DNA of 64,000 nt from the human T2T-CHM13v2.0 reference genome, Homo sapiens: assembly GCF_009914755.1 (NCBI RefSeq), contig NC_060926.1; one strand, written 5' to 3'. This document shows positions 1 to 17,750 of this stretch, piece after piece (position 1 is the first letter of the stretch; each line of letters begins with the position of its first letter). The notes below the pieces were generated by a model that saw only the letters and a list, made by a program, of their open reading frames with translations, did not search any database and had not been told where the DNA came from. The position numbers and the translations under genes were made by a program.

Positions 1-4688
<4,688 letters not shown>

Positions 4689-4796
4689 TTGGGGCTTGAG
4701 CTCGCAGTTGGCGGTGCCGGGCGCCCCGCGCCGCGAAGCTGCGCCCGTGGGCAGGAGGCAGAGGGTCTGCAGCAGGAACCAGCTCCAGGGACTCAT
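4689..4796 (-). CDS. TRABD2A: TRABD2A (TIKI1, Wnt-inactivating metalloprotease) coding exon 1, with signal peptide
   Basis: ATG at 4796 (minus) gives MSPWSWFLLQTLCLLPTGAASRRGAPGTANCELKPQ (36 codons, 108 nt), the recognised TIKI1 N-terminus with a hydrophobic signal peptide. It is followed directly by a phase-0 donor CAA|GTAAGG at 4688-4683. Confidence 0.95.
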
Positions 4797-6053
4797 CCTC
4801 CTCAAGGCGGCTCCGAGGCCCGGAACGCGGAGGGAAGGAGTAGGGCAGAGGTGGCCGCCCGCCCTGGCTAGCCGGGGCCGCGGGGCCGCCTCCGGGCGGG
4901 GCTGGGGTGAGCCCGGCAGCAGCGGCCACGTGGGGCCGGGCCTCGACCTCCCTCCCCCCACCCCACCCCCGCAGGTCAGCCCCGCGCCTAGGCGGCAGCG
5001 GAGTCCCGAACCGCGTTTCTCCCGCCCAAACCCTGCCGGGGCCGCCGCCCACCTCGTGTGACCGCAAGAGGGGTAAAGTGAAGTTCCAGCGCTGTCCTAA
5101 ATTCAACCTAAAATCGCATTGGTTCCTGCGTTTACGTCTGTGCTTATGCTGCCGATTGTGAGGGGAGGGTGCCTCTTGATTGAAAGAGGCAGACAAAATA
5201 AACAAATGAAAGGCTATCTATAAAGGAAAGTTCATTTAAACAAAGGAAATCTCACGGAAGTTTTGAATGTAAAAGAGAGAGGGGAATGGTCAGTGTGTGC
5301 ATCCACTGAAAATCCAGGACCACAAAAGCTGGCACTCCATTAAGAGCCCTCTTAATGGATTTTTAGGAATAATATTAAGGATGTTAACACCGAACTCAGA
5401 GGATTGCCGCAAGGATTAAAAGAGGAAATTTATGAGAAACACCTTGATTGGCACACATAGCAAGCCTGCAAACTGCAGTCGCTCCCTTTCGGCTCCAAAA
5501 CCCCACTGAGGATTTTTCACAGCATTGGTCCATCAGGAAGAAAAAAAAATTATGAAAGCAAGTAGCTGTGCCCCGCCTGCCGCACCTCCTACCCATGCCT
5601 GAGCGCACTTTACCACCACCTTTTAAAGTCCAGACGTCTGCGCCATTAACTTCGGAGTGGTGTTCGCAGGAGCATTTGTCGCAGTGGTCTTTAATTGCTT
5701 TAAGTCGCTGTCCATTTTGAGAATCTGATAACTGGACGATCTCCCAGGGAAAAAGAAAAGGGGGGGGGGCAGATTTGCATACAATGCGGGGAGAGGTTTT
5801 CTGAAGCCCATTTCCAACTTTCCCGTAAAGAACCCCTGGCTTTGAAGAGCCAAGTCTTTCGAGATTTAACTCCACCAACATTTAGAGTTCAGATGTTTTT
5901 GTAAAATCGCTTTTTTCTAAGTTTGAGTGGGGATTTGCTTTCTGGAATTGACTGTCTCCTGTCTTCAGATGACTGCCCCGTGTCAGCCCGGCGGCAATCG
6001 TTAGTCTCCGGGCCAACCCAGGACGATGCTTTTTGGCGTTTTCAGGCACCAGC

Positions 6054-6070
6054 GCTGCCACCTGCTGGCA
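6054..6070 (-). promoter_or_regulatory. CTCF core motif upstream of TRABD2A promoter
   Basis: Reverse complement TGCCAGCAGGTGGCAGC matches the CTCF core CCASYAGRKGGCRS, in unique, locally CpG-containing sequence. Confidence 0.65.
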
Positions 6071-6344
6071 AAAACTTTCTCTTTCGGTTGTGAGGGGGAA
6101 AAGCAAAAAGCATCAAGAACGTAAGTTGCCCTGAGCTAAGATCGAACCACTGCACTCCAGCCTGGGCCACAAAGTGAGACCCTGTCTCTTATTTAAAATA
6201 AAACAAAACAAAACAAAACAAAAAACTCAAAAGGATGTAATTACCTATTATTTCATGTTATCTCTCCCACTCCAAATGAATCAATCCGTGTGGCCACAGA
6301 GAAGCCCGCCCAGCTTCTCTCTGAGCTGGGCTTCTCTCTGGCCA

Positions 6345-6860
6345 CACAAAACATGGCTGAATTTGTTTATTTTCTCCTGTTGTTTGTCTCTCTTTTATTT
6401 CGTTGGTTTCTGCTCTTATCTTTGTTATTTCCTTCTGTTTGTTTACTTTTGGGTTTACTTTGCTTTTTTTCTGGATTCTTAAGGTGGTACCTTAAGTCAT
6501 TGACTTTAAGTCTTCTTGCTTTTGTAATATAAGCATTTAAAGTTATAAATTTCCCTATAAGCACTGCTTTAGCTACATCACCCAAATTTTGAAAAACTGT
6601 ATTTCATTATCTTTCATTATCTACTTTCCCTGGTGATTTTCTTCTTTGCCCGTGGATTATTTAGAAGTAGGTTGATTGATTTCCAAACTATGGAATTGTC
6701 CTAAATATTAGGTTGGTGCAAAAGTAATTGTGGTTTTTGCAATATCAACAGATTTATAATCCAATTCTGTTGTAAACAGAAAACATACTCTGTATGATTT
6801 TGATTATTTTGAATTTATTGGGACTTGTTTTATGGCTCAGCATATGGTCAGATACTGAGT
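6345..6860 (-). mobile_element. L1M ORF2 fragment (antisense)
   Basis: ORF 6367-6585 DVAKAVLIGKFITLNAYI and 6754-6996 HKTSPNKFKIIKIIQSMFS resemble L1 ORF2. Confidence 0.75.
6706..6743 (+). mobile_element. Hsmar1/MADE1 terminal inverted repeat (half element)
   Basis: TATTAGGTTGGTGCAAAAGTAATTGTGGTTTTTGC matches the Hsmar1 TIR with one CpG-type change. Confidence 0.8.
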
Positions 6861-7407
6861 ATGAAATATCATATCCATATCCAAAGTACCTAGATAATTT
6901 TGTTTGATTCTGACAGTTTTTAAATGAAGTGTTTTTTTTGTTGCTGTTGTTGCTTTGTTTCGTTTTGTTTTTTCTCTTAGCCAGACCCATCATCAAGTAG
7001 GATTTATTCTGTAAGACACTCAGTGTCCGAATATTCTATAGAATCACATCTACTCTACTTACATGTTTCCACAGACATTCCTAAGTTCACTATCATCCCA
7101 CAGTGCTGACCCAGACCTGGTGACAGGCTGACATGGCCTGGTCCTCACTTGCCTTATACAGACATCTGGGTTGCAGGCCTTTCTGCCTTTCCCTTCCTGG
7201 TTAGGAAGGAGATGTTAAATGTACCCATGTCCTCCTCTCTGCTTATCTGCCGAGTTTCTGTATCAAGTTTAGCTCCTTAACTTCAGCTTTGTTACTGGAT
7301 CATACCTCTGGCTGCCCATTGCCAGAGCCCTGAATTGCTTCTGAACCTTCCCTGGTCCTTTCTCTTTCCCCTTTCATGTATGGTTGATATCCTTGGCAAC
7401 CCTCCCA

Positions 7408-10400
7408 TATTAGTCCATTTTGTGCTGCTATAGAAGAATACCACAGACTGGGTCATTTATAAAGAACAGAAATGTATTTCCTTACAGTTCTGGAGGCTGG
7501 AAAATCTGAGATCAAGGTGCCTAGCATCTGGCAAGGGCCTCCTTACTGCATCATCCCACTGTGGAAGGTGAGAGCACAAGAGAGTGAGAAAGAGAGAAAA
7601 ATCGAGATTGAGAGCTAAAGTCATCCTCAAGCCATTCATGAGGTCATGAGGGTAAAGCCCTCCCATGATGTCCCAGCTCCCAACACTGTTGCATTAGGGA
7701 TTAAGTTTCCAACATATGCTTTTGGAGGACACCTTCAAAGTATAGCATCCGCTTAGGTCCATCTACTCTTAAGTGCTTCTTTTGTGCCCCTAGTAATGAC
7801 TTTCTGAATTTACACAAACCTGTGAGGCTTGTCCCCTTCATAGCAGTACCTGAGAAAATTATACTGCTGATACCTTTTTGCTCTTTCCCCAAAATCAGAT
7901 TTACCCTCAAAAATAAAGTTTTCAGAGTATGCAGAGGATTTGCTATGGCTTCAGCAACACTCTGTGCCTTCACCCTGCCTTTTTCTACCTGGCTTGGCTG
8001 ACCTGCAGTCATCCACAGATTTCCAGAGGTGATCGGGACATCAGAGGTGTGGTGGCAGTTCCCCTTGATTCTGCCTCCTGATATTCACACTTATGTTTCA
8101 TACCCTGTCCTTTATTGTAACCAGAACCTGAGACTTGCTTCTAACAATGAAATACGGCAAAGGTCATGGGCAGTGCTGTGATTACTTGTACATGACTACA
8201 TAAACATGTACTGCTAGTCTTGCTAAAGTCTCTCTCTCCATTGCTATCTTTCCCAGCCTCCAGAACTGTAAGGAAATGCATTCTGTTACTTATAAATGAC
8301 CCAGTCTGTGCTATTCTTCTATAGCAGCACAAAATGGACTAATATGGGAGAGTTGCCAAGAATATCAACCATACATGAAAGGGGAAAGAGAAAGGACTAG
8401 GGGAAGGTTCAGAAGCAGTGAAAATCTCTCTCTCCATTGCTAAGCAAGTTGCCATGAGACCTACAGAATTCATGAAGACATGAATTCTGCCAACAACCTA
8501 AGAGAGCTCAGGAGCAGATCCCTCTCCAGTTGAGCCTCCAATGAAAATCCAGTCCTAGCCAACAACACCCTGACTGTAGCCTTGTGAGACCCTAAGCAGA
8601 GGACTCAATTAAGCTCTGTCTACACTCCTGATCCAAAGCAACTGGGAAAATAAATGTGTGCTGTTTTAAGCCACCAGGTTTGTGGTAATTTGTTGCAGCA
8701 GCAATAGATAACTAATACACCAGGGGAAGTGGGATGCTAAGCACATTCCCAGGAGTTCCAGCATGGTGCTCGGCCAGCAGGCTGTGTCCGTCCTCAAGGT
8801 GAGCAGTTGAAGACCTAAGTTGATGGAGGTGTGGAAACACCTACTCCCTCCACTGCCAGGTGTGCAGGCTCCGTGCATTCTTGGAAAGGGGCTGAATGTT
8901 GCCACACTCCCTCGCCCACCCAGTGTTGGCACAAGAATTTCTAAGTAGGAAAGAGTGGCAAGTATGCCAAAGCTGCATTTGCTTTGCAGCACACTGCTTG
9001 TACCAGATTGTGAAAAAGAGAAAACATCCCTGGACAGCTGGGAACTGGTCTGGTTTTATCAGTCAGGCCTTGGTGTTGCTACAAGCTGGCCTGGCACTCA
9101 CAGCTAAGCCATGGTGTTCTCCTGTTGAACATAAACAACTTCACAGAGCATCAACATCAGACAAGGCCACTCTGTGATGAATGAAGATGAAAGCAAAACC
9201 CCTCCATAATCACATCTCAACACAGACAAAACATGAACATTGGCCAAGTCACAAGAAAGGGTGTCCAGTCATCCGCCTCTTCTGACTAAGGAGTGATGGC
9301 TGCTCCTTTACCAAGGCCAGTTTTCACCTCCATTCATTTCTCCCACCTCATAGATGAGATACGTTAAGATTCTATTTGGGGATAAATTAAGATCCCCCAA
9401 AATTCATACATTAATCCCCTAACCCCTAGTGCTTCAGAATGTGACTGTATTTGAAGATAAAGTCTTTAAATCGATGATTAAGTTAAAATTAGGCTGTAAG
9501 GATGGGCCCTAATCCAATCTGACTGGTGTCCTTATAAAAAGAGGAAATTTGTGCCAAGTATGGTGGCTCATACCTGTAATCATAGCACTCTGGGAGGCCA
9601 AGGCAGAAAGATGGCTTGAGCCCAGGAGTTCGAGATCAGCTTGGGCAACAAAGGGAGACACTGTCTCTACAAAAAAAAAAAAAAAAAAAATTAGCCTGGC
9701 ATGGTAGTGCATGAATGAGGTCCCAGCTACTCAGGAGGCTGAGGCTGGAGGATCCCTTGTGCCTGGGAGATCAAGACTGGAGTGAACCATGGTCTCCACT
9801 GTACTTCAGCCTGTGCAGCAGAGTGAGGCCCTGTCTCAAAAAAAAAAGAAGAGAACAGCACGGACTGCATACACAGAGGGGCAACCATGTGAGTAACACA
9901 GAAAGAAGGCAGTCATCTGCAAGCCAAGGAGCGAGGCCTCGGAGAAGAGACCTGCCAACACTTTGATCTCAGACTTGCAGCATCCAGAACTGTAAGAAAA
10001 TAAACTTCTGGGCTGGGCACGGTGGCTCACACCTGTAATCCCAGCACTTTAGGAGCCCAAGGCAGGCAGATCACCTGAGGTCAGGAGTTGGAGACCAGCC
10101 TGGCCAAAATGGTGAAACCCCGTCTCTACTAAAAATACAAAAATTAGCCAGGTGTGGTGGCATGCACCTGTAATCTCAGCTACTCAGGAGGCTGAGGCAG
10201 GAGAATCACTTGAACCCAGCAGGCAGAGGTTATAGTGAGCCGAGATTGCACCACTGCACTCCAGCCTGGGCAACAGAGCAAGGCTCTGTCTCAAAAAAAG
10301 AAAAGAAATGTCTGTGTTTAAGCCACCCAGTCTGGGGTATTTTTTATGGCATCCCAAGCTGACTAATACTTGATAGCACCCAACCCAGAGCAAAGCCCCA

Positions 10401-10630
10401 CTTCCTTGAACTCTCCCCCAAATCACCTGACAAGTCCAAATCCTATAACAAGCCCTCCTAACACCTTCTTCCTGATATGCCCTACAATTCCCCAAAATAT
10501 GAGAAAATTTGGACACACAAAAGACACACATCAAGAGAATTCTCCCTCATCGCAAAGAGCAATAAATCCAACTAATGCAATTTCAAGTGTGTCCCTGGTG
10601 GTCTATGGCTGAAGGGCATTGATCATTGTA
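7408..10630. mobile_element. Cluster of MaLR (MST/MLT1) LTRs and an ERV-like LTR, interrupted by Alus (9552-9850, 10010-10305)
   Basis: MaLR hallmarks TTAGTCCATTTTGTGCTGCTAT, CAGCCTCCAGAACTGTAAG and TTTAAGCCACCCAGTCTG...GACTAATAC. Confidence 0.65.
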
Positions 10631-11381
10631 TGTCTACTTAGAGTGACGTTGGCCAGCCCCCATGCCATCCTTGTGCTTCCACTGGTCTCCTGCCCCTCCC
10701 CGCCCTGCATATGTGTCACATGGTGACACTATGCTAGGTGAATGCTCACTTGCTCCTAGAAGCCGGGTGCAATGCTGGTGCCTGTACAAAGGAGTCCTGA
10801 CAGAAAGAGCTTCATAATATGTCGAGATGAACTGGGGCCTCCCAGGAGGGCACAGGAAAAACAATGGGTGGTCACTGTTCAGCTAGCTTCAGGTTTTTGC
10901 CTCGCTATTTGGGAGACACCAGCAGAAGGAAAGAGCTGAATTGCTGGACATTGGAAGAAAAAGGGTTTTTTTTACCAGAGAGGGGCAGAAGGGTGAAGAA
11001 GCTAGAGGCAAGGAGACTGGAGACACCCATTAAGGGGAAAGACAGCAGAGATGTTGACAAGGGGGTTTTGTGATGGCTTACTGTTGAAAATTTTCAAGAA
11101 ATTTCCAGTGATATTTAAATTACACACCATTCCTTTAGAGGTGGGTTTTAGATCTCTGACAGTTGGCATAAGGTTTCACTGTGGGCACAGAGAAGAGAGA
11201 AGGCCTTCCACAGGGGGCCCAGCAACACACGAGTGACAATGAGCTAAACATTTAGTTTTCACTATGAGTAAACAAGTAAACAAAACTAGGAATTTTTTCT
11301 AAAAGTGGCCTGAATGATCGGTGAGTTCTTACAAGGCAGGGGAGTGATTGTTCTATAAAACCTTTAAAAGCTCTAACTTGC

Positions 11382-11687
<306 letters not shown>

Positions 11688-11750
11688 CTATCCAATGCAT
11701 ACCCTGCATCTTTTCTAGAAACTGCTTCATTCATTTATGCAACACCCTTA

Positions 11751-12143
<393 letters not shown>

Positions 12144-13929
12144 CTATCAAGAGCTGTTATTGCTGGTTGCACATTAGAATCATCTGGAGAGCTTTTACAA
12201 TGACCAAAACCTGGGCCTCACCCTGATTAACTAACTCAGCATTTCTGGGGGGGTGTGGCCCCAGCATCAGCATCCTTAAAGCTGCCCTGGCATTTCTAAT
12301 ATGCAGCCAAGATTGAGAGACAGAAATTTCACAAAAAGGAAATTACAGGATGGTAGTGTGGGTGGTGTGATGAGGGTCCATGACAGCCCATGACCCCACC
12401 GTCATTCTAGGGAGAGTTTCTACAGGAATGTCAACTAAACAGAAACCTCAGATCTGAGTAAGAGTTAACCAGAAAGCAGCATTCCAGTGAGAAAGAACAG
12501 CAGAGACAAAGGCCTTGAGGCATGAGAGAGAGTTGGCTGTGTTCATGGAATTCAGTCTTGTTGCACATAGATCAAGGCAGGTAAGGGTAAGCCAGAGAGA
12601 TAGCAGGAGCTGGAAGTGAAGGGCCCCAGAGCTGAGATGAGGAGTTTGGCCCATATCTTGAAGACGTGGCAGAGCCATCAAAGTGTTTTAAGCAGGGGAA
12701 TTGTGTAATCATACATACACTTTAGAGAGATCACTCAGACAGCAGCACGGAAGGGAAGCTGGAGAAAGTGAAAGCAGAAGTGGTAAGACAGTGAGGGGAC
12801 ATGAGAGGGACCTGCACCAGGCTCTGGCAGGGGTCAAAGAGAAGTGCTATCATAAAAGTAAAATCCACCGCACTTGGAGGTTAATTGGATGTAGGCAAGA
12901 GGGAGAACAAGAAACTTCCCGGAATTAGCACCCAGAAAGGGCCTCTAGACCACACCCTCTGGCCTCAACTCCACAGCCACAGTGCTGGTGGTGATGGAGG
13001 GTGAATACTCATAAGACCCCCAGTTTCATCAGCGTTTCAGTGGTCCTTCAGGCAACAAGAGAAGCAGGGGGAAAGGGAGTCTATCTCTCACTTCCTCCAA
13101 GATTAGGAACATCAGCTTCTTCTAGATCCCCCAGACTCTTTTACCCCAGCCTCCCCCTGAAGTCTCTTGAACTCCCACTGTCCTCTAGTCTTGCCTGCCT
13201 TTAGTAGAGTATCACCATCTCACGCAGTTTCCTTTTGTCCTGAGCACTGTGAAAAGGACTTGGGCCCCGGAAGCAGACAGAACTGGAGTCACATCTTGTC
13301 TGTGCCACTTACTAGCTGTGTGATCTTAGGTAAGTCACATAACATCTCTGAACTTTATCTTCTTCATCTGCAAAATGGGAATCAGAATATTTGTCTTGCA
13401 GGGATGTTGTAAAGACAATAACTAATGTAATATATAAAGAGCCAAGCAGAATATATGAAAACTGACAAAACATAATACACATAATGTAGAAAGCTCCTAA
13501 TTTTTAAAAAAGAGAAAGAAAAAGGGTTATCAGGCTATTTGGGAAATCGGCAGAGATCATAAAAAGACAAAAAAAAAAAAGAGAGAGAGGAGTAAGAGGA
13601 GAAAGAAAAGGAGGGAAAGAAGAAAATGAGAGAGGGAAAGGAGAAATATAATAGTGCATGAAGAAATGAAAAAATACTCACTAGCTAATGAAATAAAAGC
13701 AAATTAATGTGGGAGATGGATAACGATGATAGCCTGACAATGTGAATGTACTTAATAGCACTGAACTGAACACTTAAAAATGATTAAAATGGTAAATTTT
13801 ATGTTATGTATATTTTACCACAATTTTTTTAAATAAAATAATGTTTAAAAGCAAATTAAAACAGGTACATTTCCACCTCTCAAACTGGCAAAAATAGAAG
13901 CATGGCAATATGCAATAGGAAAGTAAAAG

Positions 13930-14258
13930 CATTTTGTTTTGTTTCAGTTTTATTTTGTTGTTGTTGTTGTTGTTGTTTGAGATCAAGTCTCACTCTGTTG
14001 CCCAGACTGGAGTTCAGTGGCGCGATCTCGGCTCACTGCAACCTCCCCCTCCCAGGTTCAAGTGATCTTGTGCCTCAGCCTCCAGGGTAGCTGGGACTAC
14101 AGGCATGAGCCAATATGCCCGGCTAATTTTTGTATTTTTAGTAGAGATGTGGTTTCACCATGTTGGCCAGGCTTGTCTCAAACTCCTGACCTCAGGTGAT
14201 CCACCCACCTCGGCCTCCCAAAGTGCTGGGATTACAGGCGTGAGCCACCGCACCCAGC
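13930..14258 (-). mobile_element. AluS element (antisense) with (TTG)n-decayed tail
   Basis: Full dimer on the minus strand, with a degenerate TSD GTAAAAGC/GTGAAAGC. Confidence 0.95.
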
Positions 14259-16129
14259 TGTGAAAGCTTTTTGTAAGGCAGTTAGCACCTAGAAATTCCA
14301 GGAAAGGAATCTGTTCTTGGGAAATATTGACTCAATACACACGCGCATACAGACCGCAGTTAGGGAATCAGTGAGCTGGTCACTGAAACATTAAAACAAT
14401 GAAACAATCCTTAGAATTTGAAAGTTACAAATGCGGTAGATCTGCAGACTCTAGAATGAGAAGACAGCAAATTAATGACTTATCTGGGGAGGGAGTGAGA
14501 TGGGTGTGGGGTGGGGGAGGGAAGGAAAGAGGGTCTTTCTGCTTCTACTCTGTACGCTTCTGTATTTCTGATTTTTTTTTTTTTTTTTTTAAATAACAAG
14601 TACAAGCCAGGCACAGTGGCTTACGCCTGTAATCCCAGCTCTTTGGGAGGCCGAGGTGGGCAGATCACCTGAGGTCAGGACTTGGAGACCAGGCTGGCCA
14701 ATATGGCAAAACCCCGTCTCTACTAAAAATACAAAAATTAGCCAGACATGGTTTCAGGCGCCTGTAATCCCAGCTACTCGGAAGGCTAGTCAGGAGAATC
14801 GCTGGAACCCAGGAGGCAGAGGCTGCAGTGAGCCGAGATCTCGCCACTGCACTCCAGCCGGGGCCACAGAGCAAGACTCTGCCATCTCAAAAATACATAC
14901 ATACATATGTACATACATACATACATAAAATAACAAGCACATCTTTGATAATCTCTTAAATTTTAATGATTTTTTTAAAACTGGCTACTTCTTGAGCATG
15001 TATTATGTGGCCACTCCAATTGAGAGTGTGCCTTATACTTCAAAACATAACAATCTACTGATTCTTCCTAATGCCTGAAGAACTTCCCACAGCGTGGCTT
15101 GTTTGCCATTTTTCATGATCATAAATAATGCTGCAGGGAATAGGGCAGTGAAGAAAATGAATGTTGCAGAAAACCTCAGGATTACCATTCTTGTTAGTCC
15201 AACTCGTTCATTAGTAACAGTGGCCTCAAGAGCTGAGCCCCCATGCCTGGCCAGTCTTTCCAAGAGATGCAACATGCTAACAGCAACCCCTGCCCTGATC
15301 TGGCTGGCTGACTGCCGTGACCTCCACTTGGCCCCCGAGGCCCCATCAGCTATCGGAATACTGTCCTGGCATCTGGCAACTGGTCATTTTATGACCTGGG
15401 TAAAGGAAGTGTGGGGTGTTCTTTCCTTCTTCCTTCTTTCTTGCCAGAGATCTGTTGTTTCCTGGGTAGGAAGTTCCTTTTGCCACATGAATGGCGATCA
15501 ATACGGGGCCTGGCCTCACAGACTAATCTTAGTGGCCTTAGCTGAGGAAGACTGTCTGCCCAGGTCCCCTCCCCCTGCAGACCATAGGGCGCCGTGGCCA
15601 TGGGAGCGTCAAAGATCTGCTTTCCTTCTTGTGATGGCCCCTGTAGAACTTCCTCATGGGCCAGAATCCCGGCTTAAAAGGGAGCCTCTCTCCAAAAGTG
15701 CATGAACACGCTTATTCCAAGGAAAGGTCTTTCTCTACTAAGAAAAATACGCTTTACAGCCTCCCAGAAATGAGGACAGCAATAATATTATTTTTTCCAG
15801 TTGGTGCTTGTATACATATATATACCGTTTTATTAAAATACGTTTTGGGCTTGAGACTTTATAGTTTTCATAAAATAACTGCCATGAACACGCCAGTCAC
15901 CCAGTATCTCCACATAACAGGAGCCACCCTGTGTGCAGCCCTTGATCAGGGAAGCTTAGCACAGGGAGGTTAAGTTACTTGGCCAAGGTTGTACATCTAG
16001 TAGGTGTTGGATTCAAACTCACAAAGTCTACCTTTAGAGTCCAAACTTTCACCCATTTCCCTGTACTGCCACCTCTCACTACCAGCTAGCATTTTCTTTA
16101 AGAAGGAGATGTATTACATATATGAGGAA

Positions 16130-17750
16130 GAAGATATATATATTACTATATCCTCTTTTATATATAATATATATTATATTATATATATAAATATATATAT
16201 AATTATATATAGATATATATAATTATATATAGATATATATATTCTATATTCTATATATATATAATATATAATATATAAATTATATATAGAATATATATTA
16301 TATATAATATATTATATATATTATATATAATATATATATTATATATATTATATATAATATATATAAATTATATATAGAATATATATTATGTATAATATAT
16401 ATAAATTATATATAGAATATGTATATAATTTATATAATTTATATATATTATACATAATATATATTCTATATATAATTTATATATATTATATATAGAATAT
16501 ATATTATATATAGAATATAGAATATATATAATATATATAGAATACAGAATATATATAGAATATAGAATATATATAGAATATATATTCATATATAGAATAT
16601 ATACATATATAGAATATATATTCATATATATGAATATATATTCTATATAGAATTTGAAATATATTCTACATAGAATATATATAATATATTAATATAATAT
16701 ATAGACAGTATATAATATAATATACAGACAGTATATAATATACAGACAGTATATAATATATAATATTATATATAATATTATATATAATATTATATAATAT
16801 ATTATATTATATATATTATATAATATATTATATTATATATAATATATGTAATATTATATATTATATTATACATAATATATTATATATAATATATTATATA
16901 TAATATTATATATATTATATATAATATATATAATAATAATATTATAATATATAATATATAATAGTACAGTATATATTATATATATAATTCTATATATAAT
17001 ATATAGAATTCTATCTATTTATAATATATATAGAATTCTATATATAATATATAATATACAGAATTCTATATATATTATATATAGAAGTCTATATATTATA
17101 TATTATATATTATATTCTATATATATTATAAATATATAGAATTCTATATATTTTATATTTATATTCTATGTTTAAATATAGAATATATAGATATATATAG
17201 ATTTTATATATAGAACTCTATATAGATTATATATAGAACTCTATATATAGATATTATATATAGATATAAATACATATAGGATTCTATATATAATATCTAT
17301 ATATAAAATCTATATATAGAGCTCTATATATAATCTATATAGAGCTCTATATATAAAATCTATATAGAGTTCTATATATAATATATAGCAAGTTCTATAT
17401 ATAATATATATACAGTTCTATATATATTATATAGAGAGAGCATTCTCTATATATAATATATATAGAGTTCTATATAGAGAGCTCTATATATATTATATAG
17501 AGAGTGCTCTCTCTATATAATATATATATTATAATATTATATATATTATATATATTATATATTATATTATATATAATATATATAATATAATATATAATAT
17601 ATATAATAAATATAATATAATATATATTATATATATTATATATAATATATAATATATATTATATATATATTATATATATTATATATATTATAATATTATA
17701 TATATTATATATAATATATAATAATATAATATAAATATTATAATATAAGA
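16130..17750. repeat. About 1.6 kb interrupted (TA)n / AT-rich complex microsatellite
   Basis: Almost only A/T, with recurring TAGAATA, TTCTATA, TATAATAT and AGAGCTCT variant units. Confidence 0.97.

Noticed and set aside
15094-15705. 203-aa ORF in apparently unique sequence
   Set aside because: Non-ATG start, no recognisable domain or codon bias, and no exon context.
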